A stretch of DNA of 64,000 bases from assembly GCA_023666425.1 (NCBI GenBank), contig JAMPCA010000001.1, positions 822,680 to 886,679 on the forward strand, written 5' to 3'. The position numbers and the translations under genes were made by a program. The notes under the pieces were generated by a model that was not told the DNA's origin, did no database searches, and worked only from the letters and a program-made list of their open reading frames with translations. Positions 38,564 through 46,581 of this stretch are shown piece after piece. The stretch is from Muribaculaceae bacterium (GTDB lineage: Bacteria; Bacillota; Clostridia; Lachnospirales; Lachnospiraceae). Position 1 is the stretch's first letter. Each line of letters starts with the position of its first letter.

Positions 38564-39823
38564 TTAGCTGTTTTTTTCTGAATACACGGACACCTTCCCG
38601 GCCTCTGCTTCCTCTTCCTTTAAAGCCTCTGCCTTCTCCTCCTCTTCCCTTTCCGCTTCTGCCTTCGCTTCCTCTGCCTTCGCTTCCTCTTCCTTTGCTT
38701 TCTCCGCCGCGTCCGCATCGCTTCCGGTGATATCATTTCTCTCGTCCAGCTTCTCCTGCACCCGCTCCTGCAGATCCGCGGAAGCCTGATCCAGCTGCTG
38801 CAGAGCCTCGTCGTTTAACACCGTATCTGACGCCGCATCCTCCAGCTCTCCCTGTATCTTCTGCATGGCCGGCATAACGATAACGCCGCGTGCCTCTCTC
38901 CTTAAATCCCGCGCAAACTGTCTTTCCGCCAGTCCTCTTTTTTGGTTCTTTTCTATCTCCTTATAGCCGCCCGGTCTGAAACTTCCGCCGCGCGCCTTTT
39001 CCTCATAGGCGGATACCAGGGAATCCTTCTGCTCCTCCGTGAGATCTTCCTCCGCAACTGCCCGGCTTATGACATCATACTCCTGCATAAAGCTCTGGTA
39101 TTCCTCTTTGGCTTTTTTCAGTCTGTACAGACCCTCATCCTCGACGTTCTGAATATCCGTATGCAGCAGCTCCTCCCTGCCCATCGCTGCGCCCGTGAGC
39201 CGGGAAGCGTAGCCGGTAAGGACAGTCCCCAGCTTCTGCGGCTCATGGACCAATCTGTCGCCGGAAGCCTCCTCCTGCGTCTTTTTCCCTTCGCGCTCTT
39301 CCTGCTTTTTCTCGCTTTCCTCAAAGCTTTCGAGCATGACAAGCAAATCGCCCTTGTCCCGATCCACCTCGGAACGCCATTTGTTGTCCTGCGCCTTTGC
39401 CTCCCTGAGCTCCCGCTCTTTCTGCTGCTCCGTCTCGGCCTGAAACTGCTTCATGCGCCGCATATCCGCCTGCGCCCGCTGCATCTTTTCAATATCTTCC
39501 CTGCTCGGCTGCGCGTCTCTTGCGGTGGCAATGGATGTGAGCTTTTCCTTCACTCCCTGCAGCCTTTCCAGATAGCTGTCCTCCGCGTCCGCGCCGGACG
39601 CACTCCGCAGCTTTTCCCTGACCAGACTCTCCCCTTCCTCCGGCCGTTTTAAAGACTGCGCCAGCTTATCCCTCCCTTTCCGGGAAATGAAAACACTCGC
39701 TGCCGCCTTTAACTCCTTATCCCCCGCATTTTCCCGCGGCAGATTTCCATTCTTTGTCACGATAGAAATCTTTGGAGTCCCTGCCCGAAAACTCTCTGTG
39801 TAAGTATTCAACCGTATCTGCAT
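38564..39823 (-). CDS. highly charged coiled-coil hypothetical protein with acidic low-complexity C-terminus
   Basis: 419 aa. About 45% K/E/R/D/Q. No TM. C-terminal EEAKAEEAKAEAE repeats encoded by 15-bp tandem repeats. Confidence 0.55.
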   Translation of the reverse strand: MQIRLNTYTESFRAGTPKISIVTKNGNLPRENAGDKELKAAASVFISRKGRDKLAQSLKRPEEGESLVREKLRSASGADAEDSYLERLQGVKEKLTSIATARDAQPSREDIEKMQRAQADMRRMKQFQAETEQQKERELREAKAQDNKWRSEVDRDKGDLLVMLESFEESEKKQEEREGKKTQEEASGDRLVHEPQKLGTVLTGYASRLTGAAMGREELLHTDIQNVEDEGLYRLKKAKEEYQSFMQEYDVISRAVAEEDLTEEQKDSLVSAYEEKARGGSFRPGGYKEIEKNQKRGLAERQFARDLRREARGVIVMPAMQKIQGELEDAASDTVLNDEALQQLDQASADLQERVQEKLDERNDITGSDADAAEKAKEEEAKAEEAKAEAEREEEEKAEALKEEEAEAGKVSVYSEKNS

Positions 39824-39958
39824 ACTACCTCCGCCTCCCTGCGTGTTTACATAAATCCGTTTATTCGTTGAGAATAATATAACCCATATGTATATCGGAT
39901 ACGAAAGGCAAATACTTTATATTTTCACACGCTTTCAGGCAAAAATGCCGGTAAGATT

Positions 39959-41266
39959 CTAGCTGAGCGCGGCAAAGGCCTCCGCAAGATCCTCGATGAT
40001 ATCGTCAATATTCTCGGTGCCGATGGAGAGGCGGATCGTGTTCGGGCGTATTCCCTGATCCAGAAGCTCCGCTTCGTTGCACTCCGAATGGGTGGTTGAC
40101 GCCGGATGGATTGCCAGCGACTTCACGTCCGCCACGTTGGCAAGGAGTGAGAAAAGCTCCAGATTGTCGATGAATTCCTGCGCCTTTTTGGCATCTCCCT
40201 TAATCTCAAAGGTGAAGATCGAACCGCCGCCCTTCGGGAAATATTTCTCATAAAGCGCCTGCTGGGCAGGATCCGTGGAAACCGACGGATGGTTCACCCG
40301 CTCCACAAGGGGATGCTTATGCAAATACTGTACCACCTTTAACGCATTTTCCACATGCCGCTCCACGCGCAGCGACAGCGTCTCTAAGCCCTGCAGGAAA
40401 ATGAACGCATGTACCGGGGAGAGGGTCGCTCCCATATCCCGCAGGAGAATTGCCCGGATATAGGTGACAAAGGCGGCCGGAGCCGTGTCCCTCGCAAAAC
40501 TTACCCCGTGATAGGATACGTTGGGCTCCACGAGCCACGGAAACTTGCCGCTTGCCTCCCAGTCAAAAGTGCCCGCATCCACGATCACGCCGCCAATGGC
40601 GGTGCCGTGCCCGCCGATAAACTTCGTGGCGGAATGCACCACCACATCCGCACCATAGGCAATGGGGCGCACCAGATAGGGCGTGGCAAAAGTATTGTCC
40701 ACGATCAGGGGGATTTTGTGGGCGTGGGCGATCGCCGCAATCCGCTCGATATCCACTACCTCGGAATTGGGATTGCCCAGCGTCTCAATCTCGATCGCCC
40801 TGGTGTTTTCCCTGATGGCCGCCTCGATGCCGTCATAGTCAAAGGGATCGACAAAGTCTGCCGTAATACCGTAATCCGGCAGCGTGTGCGCCAGCAGATT
40901 GTAAGTTCCGCCGTAAATGTTTTTCGCCGCCACAATATGGTCTCCCGCGTGAGCCACCGTCTGTAAAGCGTAGGTTAAGGCCGCCGCGCCGGAGCCAACT
41001 GCAAGAGCCGCCACACCGCCCTCTAAGGCCGCAATCCTCGCCTCAAACGTTCCCTGCGTCGGATTGGTCAGACGGCCGTAAATATTTCCTGCGTCCCGCA
41101 GACCGAAGCGGTCTGCCGCGTGCTCACTGTTGTGGAATACATAGGAGGAAGTCAGATAGATGGGAACCGCTCTTGCATCCGTCACCGGGTCTGCGTTCTC
41201 CTGCCCCACATGAAGCTGTAAAGTCTCAAATTTTAAATCTCTGTCTGCATAATGCTTTTTGCTCAT
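39959..41266 (-). CDS. metY: O-acetylhomoserine aminocarboxypropyltransferase (sulfhydrylase)
   Basis: 435 aa. Cys/Met-metabolism PLP enzyme with the SATKFIGGHG lysine motif. Confidence 0.9.
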   Translation of the reverse strand: MSKKHYADRDLKFETLQLHVGQENADPVTDARAVPIYLTSSYVFHNSEHAADRFGLRDAGNIYGRLTNPTQGTFEARIAALEGGVAALAVGSGAAALTYALQTVAHAGDHIVAAKNIYGGTYNLLAHTLPDYGITADFVDPFDYDGIEAAIRENTRAIEIETLGNPNSEVVDIERIAAIAHAHKIPLIVDNTFATPYLVRPIAYGADVVVHSATKFIGGHGTAIGGVIVDAGTFDWEASGKFPWLVEPNVSYHGVSFARDTAPAAFVTYIRAILLRDMGATLSPVHAFIFLQGLETLSLRVERHVENALKVVQYLHKHPLVERVNHPSVSTDPAQQALYEKYFPKGGGSIFTFEIKGDAKKAQEFIDNLELFSLLANVADVKSLAIHPASTTHSECNEAELLDQGIRPNTIRLSIGTENIDDIIEDLAEAFAALS

Positions 41267-41394
41267 TTTCGATTCTCCTTTTCATCTATGATTTGGAAGC
41301 CTGTGCTTCCCTGATCTGTCTGTATCATAGCATTTCTGTAGGAAAAGTGTTAATCCCACTTTCTTATATCCAGTTATAAGTGTTTCTTATACCC

Positions 41395-42453
41395 CTATTC
41401 CTGGTAAATCATCTGCATAATTTTTTCCGCGCCCAGTCCATCGGTATTGTCCGCCACATAGTCACAGATTTCCCTGTTCCGCTTCTCCGCATCAATCGAG
41501 AGGATCCGCAGGGTCTTTTCCTCCACTGGAAATTCGTCCTCTATAATCTCACGGATCAGGCACTCTTTATCCCGCGCCACATAGATAATGGCCGTGGGAA
41601 AATGTCTTTTCATGGCAATCGCCCCGCACATATCCAGAGGCATCACCGGAAACTGTCCGGCATCCAAAACGGCCTGAATGTCCTCCTTTTTCGTTCCGTA
41701 TTTCACTCCGGCATACATGGTTTTTTCAAAAAAATTCTGCTGTGCAAATTCCTCCTCCGTCAGATAGCGGTGCTTGCTGCTCTTTTTCGTACAGTAGGTC
41801 TTGGGATTCACGAAACGGCTGTCCTCGCAGAGCCTGTCCGCGATGTCTGTCTTGCCGGAGCCGGAAGGTCCCACCAGCGCCAGCACGGAAGGAATGGTGA
41901 TCCTTCCCCCTTTTGACTGGGAGGCGTGAATGATCTGCTTTACCATGGAATAGAATTCCGTCAGGGTGTTGACCGATAAAAGCCCGGTCATCTTCCAGTT
42001 CCACGGCTTACGCATCAGCACCGGATAGGTGGCAGGCGTCTCCAGTACATTGTGGATTGCATCGTCCAGTGTAATATCAAACTGCACCAGATTTTTGGCA
42101 TTGCCCAGTATAATGTTCTCCGGGGGAAACTCCGGGAACGCCTCTAAAATCTGCCTTGCCCGTATCCCCATAAACTGCGGGTATACCGCAGTGATAAAAT
42201 ACACGTCCGCAATGTCCATGAGCTTTCGAACCGCCTTCTTGTTGCGCTCCGGCACCTTCTGGCGCTGGTAAAGCTCCTCGCTCCCGTAAAATTCCCGGAT
42301 CACTGAAGTTCGTCCTGTGTTGGCCCATGAGTCGATTTCCTCCAGCATAAGGGGCGGATCATACTCATATCTCTCGTTCGCCATCGCGATGGCAAGGCTG
42401 TTAAATGGCGCTGTGACGTCGTCCCAGTCCAGCCCTATTTTTGGTCTCAGCAT
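41395..42453 (-). CDS. fusion protein: N-terminal 5'(3')-deoxyribonucleotidase-like HAD domain (NT5C family) plus C-terminal guanylate-kinase-like P-loop domain
   Basis: N-terminus IGLDWDDVTAPF is a HAD motif I and is collinear with NT5C. C-terminal half has a Walker A (LVGPSGSGKTD) and is collinear with guanylate kinase, but the NMP-binding TTR..R residues are replaced by CTKKSSKH. Confidence 0.6.
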   Translation of the reverse strand: MLRPKIGLDWDDVTAPFNSLAIAMANERYEYDPPLMLEEIDSWANTGRTSVIREFYGSEELYQRQKVPERNKKAVRKLMDIADVYFITAVYPQFMGIRARQILEAFPEFPPENIILGNAKNLVQFDITLDDAIHNVLETPATYPVLMRKPWNWKMTGLLSVNTLTEFYSMVKQIIHASQSKGGRITIPSVLALVGPSGSGKTDIADRLCEDSRFVNPKTYCTKKSSKHRYLTEEEFAQQNFFEKTMYAGVKYGTKKEDIQAVLDAGQFPVMPLDMCGAIAMKRHFPTAIIYVARDKECLIREIIEDEFPVEEKTLRILSIDAEKRNREICDYVADNTDGLGAEKIMQMIYQE

Positions 42454-42550
42454 ACGCGTTCTCCCTTCGTTTTTTGCTTTATTTTCTCATATGACATGTA
42501 CGATATCCGGTGCAATGCATATTTTTTACAAAAGCTCATATACTCACAGC

Positions 42551-43114
42551 ATGAACTCTTTAAAACGATTTACCATCATCGGCATTATTTTCGTAATCAT
42601 TGCCGGAACAATTTCACATTTTGTCTATGAATGGACCGGAAACAACGCCTTTGCCGGTCTGTTTTTCCCCGTGGGCGAATCCACCTGGGAGCATATAAAG
42701 CTTTTGTTTTTTCCGATGCTTGTCTACTCTGTGTATATGACAATAAAACTGCGAACCGGTTTCCCCCATATCCTCCCCGCGCTGTCCGGCGGACTGCTGG
42801 CGGGTTCTTTTGCAATTCCGGTGATTTTTTACAGCTACCGGGGGATTCTTGGAAAGGACTATACGGCGCTGGATATCGCCACCTTTGCGGCCAGTGTGTT
42901 CCTCGCCTTTTTTACCGCATACCGTCTGAGCGGATTCCGCTTTTCGCCTGCAGGCAGAAGGCTTCTGGTAATTGCCGTAATTTTCCTCACGGTATGCTTT
43001 TTTGTCTTCACCTGTCATCCTCCAAAGATGGGGATATTCAAAGAGCCTGCCGCATCATCGAGAACGCACATCAGCTTTTCCTCTTCCTCTGTCCCAATAT
43101 ATTTTGAGGGGTAG
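42551..43114 (+). CDS. hypothetical polytopic membrane protein
   Basis: Start set at the ATG at 42551 (MNSLKRF...). The upstream part of the track ORF overlaps the divergent gene. Four to five TM helices. Its 3' end overlaps the convergent gene by about 100 nt. Confidence 0.55.
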   Translation: MNSLKRFTIIGIIFVIIAGTISHFVYEWTGNNAFAGLFFPVGESTWEHIKLLFFPMLVYSVYMTIKLRTGFPHILPALSGGLLAGSFAIPVIFYSYRGILGKDYTALDIATFAASVFLAFFTAYRLSGFRFSPAGRRLLVIAVIFLTVCFFVFTCHPPKMGIFKEPAASSRTHISFSSSSVPIYFEG

Positions 43115-43734
43115 ACCAGACACAATCCCGCCTTATCCCAATATTCCCCGTCTTCCATCTCAAATCCGTAAAAATACATTCTGTCGCCATGATAATCTCT
43201 CTTTGCCCGGAATAAAAATCTCCCCTCCAGCGGCTCGATGCTGACAGCTCCCTCAAACGTCTTCTTTTCCTTGTACTCTTCTACTGCACAGTACACTTCG
43301 TCGTCTGTCACTACCGCAATACAGGGAACCGTTCCCTCCTGTCCATATTCCCGGTCCGGTGCATAAGCAGATAAAAGCTCCACCTCTGCCGCATGGGATT
43401 TTGCCGGTTTAAACGCTTTATTGACAACATATCCGTAACCCGCATATTCATCCGAAATGGTATGCACTTCTTTTGAAAGCTCTATGGTTTCAAAAGCCAG
43501 CGGATGCGGACTATAGATTTCTTCCTTTTCCAGATTTACGGTTTTCTCTAACTTCTCTTTTACCGCCTCCACCTTTTTATTGCGCCGCATGATACATAAC
43601 GCAGAAATCAGATTTACCACGCCTACCGCCAGCCACATAAATCCCACCAATGTTTTGTTCATAACAAAACACAGGCAGGCGGCACAGATCCATATCACGG
43701 CCGTGACCAGGCTTAGATTGCTTCTCTTCATCAT
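43015..43734 (-). CDS. hypothetical membrane-anchored protein (N-terminal TM pair plus soluble domain)
   Basis: 239 aa. Preceded by an extended -10 promoter TGTGGTATAAT at about 43777-43787 and a GGGGGTGA SD. Confidence 0.55.
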   Translation of the reverse strand: MMKRSNLSLVTAVIWICAACLCFVMNKTLVGFMWLAVGVVNLISALCIMRRNKKVEAVKEKLEKTVNLEKEEIYSPHPLAFETIELSKEVHTISDEYAGYGYVVNKAFKPAKSHAAEVELLSAYAPDREYGQEGTVPCIAVVTDDEVYCAVEEYKEKKTFEGAVSIEPLEGRFLFRAKRDYHGDRMYFYGFEMEDGEYWDKAGLCLVYPSKYIGTEEEEKLMCVLDDAAGSLNIPIFGG

Positions 43735-43831
43735 TCACCCCCACAGATTTCCTCTTCACGCATAAGTAACCCAGAAATTATACCACAATGCAGACGATTA
43801 TGCCACCGGAAAATCCTTTTTGGACATGGAA

Positions 43832-44101
43832 ATCAATTTCTGGAATTGCGAATGGCTGCATGTGCGCAAGGTTCCATGCTGTCGGCTCAATAAATGGATT
43901 TTCTAAACCTTCTGTAAGGGATGTCTCTCCTGACGCGACCGCCCGCAATTCGCCGTCGTGGCTCAGTGCGGGCTTTACGGGACGTCCGTGTCCCGCAATC
44001 GCTGATGCCATACAGAACATTAAGAAAATCCAATTTCCCGTCGCAAAGACAGCTTTGGAAACCTTGCGCACATGCAGCCATTCGCAATTCCGGAAATTGA
44101 T
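43832..44101. repeat. 42-bp near-perfect inverted repeats (43832-43873 and 44060-44101) flanking a 186-bp GC-rich spacer
   Basis: IR-L is ATCAATTTCTGGAATTGCGAATGGCTGCATGTGCGCAAGGTT. IR-R is its reverse complement with 1 mismatch. Lies between the phosphoesterase stop (44117) and the promoter of the 239-aa gene. No obvious target-site duplication. Confidence 0.7.
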
Positions 44102-44116
44102 ATCCTTTTACTCCGT

Positions 44117-44932
44117 CTACAGATTCATCGGCCCTGCGAGCACCTCCCGCGTGACATACAACGGCATAGCCTCCCCCGCGGACATGGCCGCTCCCATGGA
44201 CCATCGCACAAGGGTTGCCTGCATATTCGAAATCTCAATGCAGGTGATGCCGGAGGGATGCACGCAGCTTCCGGTATTCATATATCCCTCCCCCGGCTCC
44301 GGAAGCCGCGGTCTGTGGGAATGCCCCGCTACCAGATAGGCGCCTTTCTCAATCGTCCAGTTTTTCAGACACCGCTCATAGCGTTCTACCTTTTTGTAAT
44401 TGCGGGCGGCGCTGGTCGGATCGTTCACCCCGGTGCTCTCCAGCGGTTTCCAGACATAGCGCACCAAAAACCGGGACAGACGCCAGCACACGGAATTAAA
44501 AAAATCCGCCTGATGGCCGTGAAGCATATAGATATTGGATCCGCCCTCCTCATTTTCAAGAATGACGGCAGGCGGCAGCACTGACCGCAGCGCCATGTCA
44601 TGGTTTCCGTATATCTTTACAAACCTTCCCCTCTGCCTGTAGCATTCCAGAAGCCCGTACACTCTCTCGTGATAACGCATGATCCGTTGCAGACAGCGGT
44701 TCTCCCACAGCTCCTCCCCATCTCCCAGCTCAATATAAAAAAAGTTCTTCCGCAGATAATAGGCAAGCGCCGCCAGATACAGATGGTGATTTTTCAAAAA
44801 ATTGTCGTTGCCCGTACCCTCACCCCGGTGACAGTCGCTAAAAAGCACATAGCGGCTTTTTGCATTCAGCGGGAGCCTTACGGCCCCCGCCAGCGCCTGC
44901 TCTATTCTCGCTTTACAGCTCATAGGCGGCAC
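44117..44932 (-). CDS. metallophosphoesterase (calcineurin-like, PPP/LpxH-like)
   Basis: Motifs DCHRG, GDGEE, GNHD, GH, GHSH in canonical order. Confidence 0.75.
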   Translation of the reverse strand: MPPMSCKARIEQALAGAVRLPLNAKSRYVLFSDCHRGEGTGNDNFLKNHHLYLAALAYYLRKNFFYIELGDGEELWENRCLQRIMRYHERVYGLLECYRQRGRFVKIYGNHDMALRSVLPPAVILENEEGGSNIYMLHGHQADFFNSVCWRLSRFLVRYVWKPLESTGVNDPTSAARNYKKVERYERCLKNWTIEKGAYLVAGHSHRPRLPEPGEGYMNTGSCVHPSGITCIEISNMQATLVRWSMGAAMSAGEAMPLYVTREVLAGPMNL

Positions 44933-45951
44933 TTCCTTTTCTTTCTGTTTGCAAAGCGCTTCCTGTCCGCGCCAAACAGCCGCCGCAGACAGCCCGGAAG
45001 CAGCTCATAGAAAAACAGTAATCTATCCACCGTCTCTGTAAATGGACGACCCGCAAAGCAAAACAGGCCTGCCCAGAAACGGTTCCACATCTGCGCCCAG
45101 CTCCGGTATATTTTTCCCTGCAGGATATCTGCACCGGTTTCCATGCGCACATACACGCGGTTTCCACAGTGCTCGTATGCATTTGCCGCACCCTGTAAGC
45201 CTGTGCAAAAGGCCTCTGCCATCGCTGCATCGTCAAAAGCGATTACGGTATAGAGTACAAGCTGTCCGGGCTTTGAAAACCGCCCCATGGAAAAGCCCGT
45301 CAGCCACCAGTGCCTTGCCTCATAAACGTAGATGGTCTTCCCCTCCCGCATGAGCCTGCTCTTGATGAGAGGCAGCTCATCGTCAGTGGCCGCTTCAAAA
45401 TGGGCGTAGGGATATTCATGGGGCATGAGGATTTGGCTGGCATGGTACACGCCCACCTCCGCCCCCGTAAGGATACCGTACTGGCCTTTCCAGAACTCAA
45501 TGAGCCAGGTGCGTCCCCCATAGTCGAAATAGACCGGCCATATATCCATAACCATATGCACTGCAGGAGCGGCCGCGTCAAATAAAGCCTCATAGCCCGC
45601 CTGCCTCTGCCATGCATCGCGTCTGGTGGAAAAAATGTCCCAGTCCTTTACATAAAAAAATCCGAAGGGTTCCGCCAGAGCATTGATTTTCTCCAGCTTC
45701 TCCCACTCCGGCATCTTCTGTACTTTACACACACATTTTTTCCTGTGTCTGTACACCGCAATAGCCAGCAGAACAAGTACGATGATCCCGGCTGCCGGCA
45801 GCACAGCTTTTACTATTTCCAATGGTTCCACAACAAGCCTCCCGACATATGATCCTTTTTCCGGCGCATTCGCGCCTACTACATGATATGTCGAAAAAGC
45901 AGACTTTGTGAATGTGCATAAAATGCCGGAGCATTGAGGACATATTATCAT
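44920..45951 (-). CDS. DUF4474-like hypothetical protein with N-terminal TM anchor
   Basis: 343 aa. One TM (AVLPAAGIIVLVLLAIAVY). Contains an IEFWKGQYG motif that I associate with DUF4474 from memory. C-terminal basic tail. Confidence 0.5.
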   Translation of the reverse strand: MIICPQCSGILCTFTKSAFSTYHVVGANAPEKGSYVGRLVVEPLEIVKAVLPAAGIIVLVLLAIAVYRHRKKCVCKVQKMPEWEKLEKINALAEPFGFFYVKDWDIFSTRRDAWQRQAGYEALFDAAAPAVHMVMDIWPVYFDYGGRTWLIEFWKGQYGILTGAEVGVYHASQILMPHEYPYAHFEAATDDELPLIKSRLMREGKTIYVYEARHWWLTGFSMGRFSKPGQLVLYTVIAFDDAAMAEAFCTGLQGAANAYEHCGNRVYVRMETGADILQGKIYRSWAQMWNRFWAGLFCFAGRPFTETVDRLLFFYELLPGCLRRLFGADRKRFANRKKRKCRL

Positions 45952-45996
45952 TTCATTTTTAAAGGACAGCCTGATATCAGAATCAGACTGTCCTTT

Positions 45997-46220
45997 GCCT
46001 TTCCTTTTGCCGTGACTTTTCCGCCTGCACTCACGGCTGCGACTTTCTCATTGTCTGAAAAGTACCGCAGTCTGGGCCTGTGGGATTTTTTCGTGCCCGG
46101 TGGCTCGATTAGCTTTTTCAGCTTTTTTATGCTTTTCAGCTTTTCAGGCTCGGGCGGGCTTTATAAGTATAGTGTCTCTGTTATACCATGTCCACCCGCG
46201 GACAAGTCAACTGTTTTTGA
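45997..46220. repeat. direct repeat copy A (about 224 bp, about 98% identical to copy B)
   Basis: Aligns with 47006-47231, differing by 4 substitutions and 1 indel. Contains conserved hairpins (CTGCG-ACTTTTTCA..TGAAAAGT-CGCAG) and three iterated CTTTTCAG motifs. Confidence 0.85.
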
Positions 46221-46371
46221 AAATTCTGTCATTTTCCGATTACTATTCAAAGCTTTTCTCCGCAATGCCATAAAAATTTCTTGCCTTTGTGAGGAATCCG
46301 GTATAGAATGATTTTAGCAGGGTTCGTAAAAAACACTTGAAATCTGTAAGAATCAATGCTATTATATATTT

Positions 46372-46470
46372 AAGAAAGCACCCATTCCAAAGTGGATGCT
46401 CCTAAAAAGTGGTGAATGTCCTTACGGACGCCGCCTCTCTCGTGGATCAGACGAGGGAGGCTTATTTTTT
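46372..46470 (+). ncRNA. candidate cis-antisense small RNA (putative type I antitoxin) convergent with the Hol-Tox-like gene
   Basis: Promoter TTGAAA-17 nt-TATTAT at 46337-46365. Plus-strand intrinsic terminator (11-bp stem GCCTCTCTCGT / ACGAGGGAGGC plus TTATTTTTT) at 46433-46470. The terminator overlaps the last codons of the minus-strand peptide gene and would cover its 3' UTR. Confidence 0.35.
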
Positions 46471-46581
46471 ACGCTTGTTCCTCTTATCGAGAAAGGCAAG
46501 CAACGTAATAACAAAGCTGCCAAAGGCAATCAGCAAGGCTAATATACCAATGAAAATCGAAATGATTTCAAAAGCTGTCAT
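46462..46581 (-). CDS. 39-aa single-TM peptide resembling putative holin-like toxins (Hol-Tox family; type I toxin-like)
   Basis: MTAFEIISIFIGILALLIAFGSFVITLLAFLDKRNKRKK. Strong SD AGGAGGTG 6 nt upstream. Hydrophobic helix then a Lys/Arg tail. A CCTCCT segment in the 5' UTR could pair with the SD. Below the 60-aa floor of the ORF track. Confidence 0.55.
   Translation of the reverse strand: MTAFEIISIFIGILALLIAFGSFVITLLAFLDKRNKRKK

Noticed and set aside
41267-41394. Possible SAM (S-box) riboswitch or T-box upstream of metY
   Set aside because: The 128-nt spacer lacks the conserved S-box helices and the T-box specifier or T-box sequence. metY is more likely co-transcribed with the upstream fusion gene.
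43778-44339. ORFs 43778..44071 (-), 43788..44339 (+), 43887..44204 (-) spanning the inverted-repeat element
   Set aside because: They are mutually overlapping and cross the 42-bp inverted repeats. They have no RBS. The region is intergenic between two well-defined minus-strand genes.
45934-46311. 125-aa and 69-aa ORFs (45934..46311, 47020..47229) inside the 225-bp direct repeats
   Set aside because: The two copies give ORFs with different starts and ends. The 'protein' is F/S-rich and low-complexity, and the repeat shows RNA-like hairpin conservation rather than codon-level constraint.
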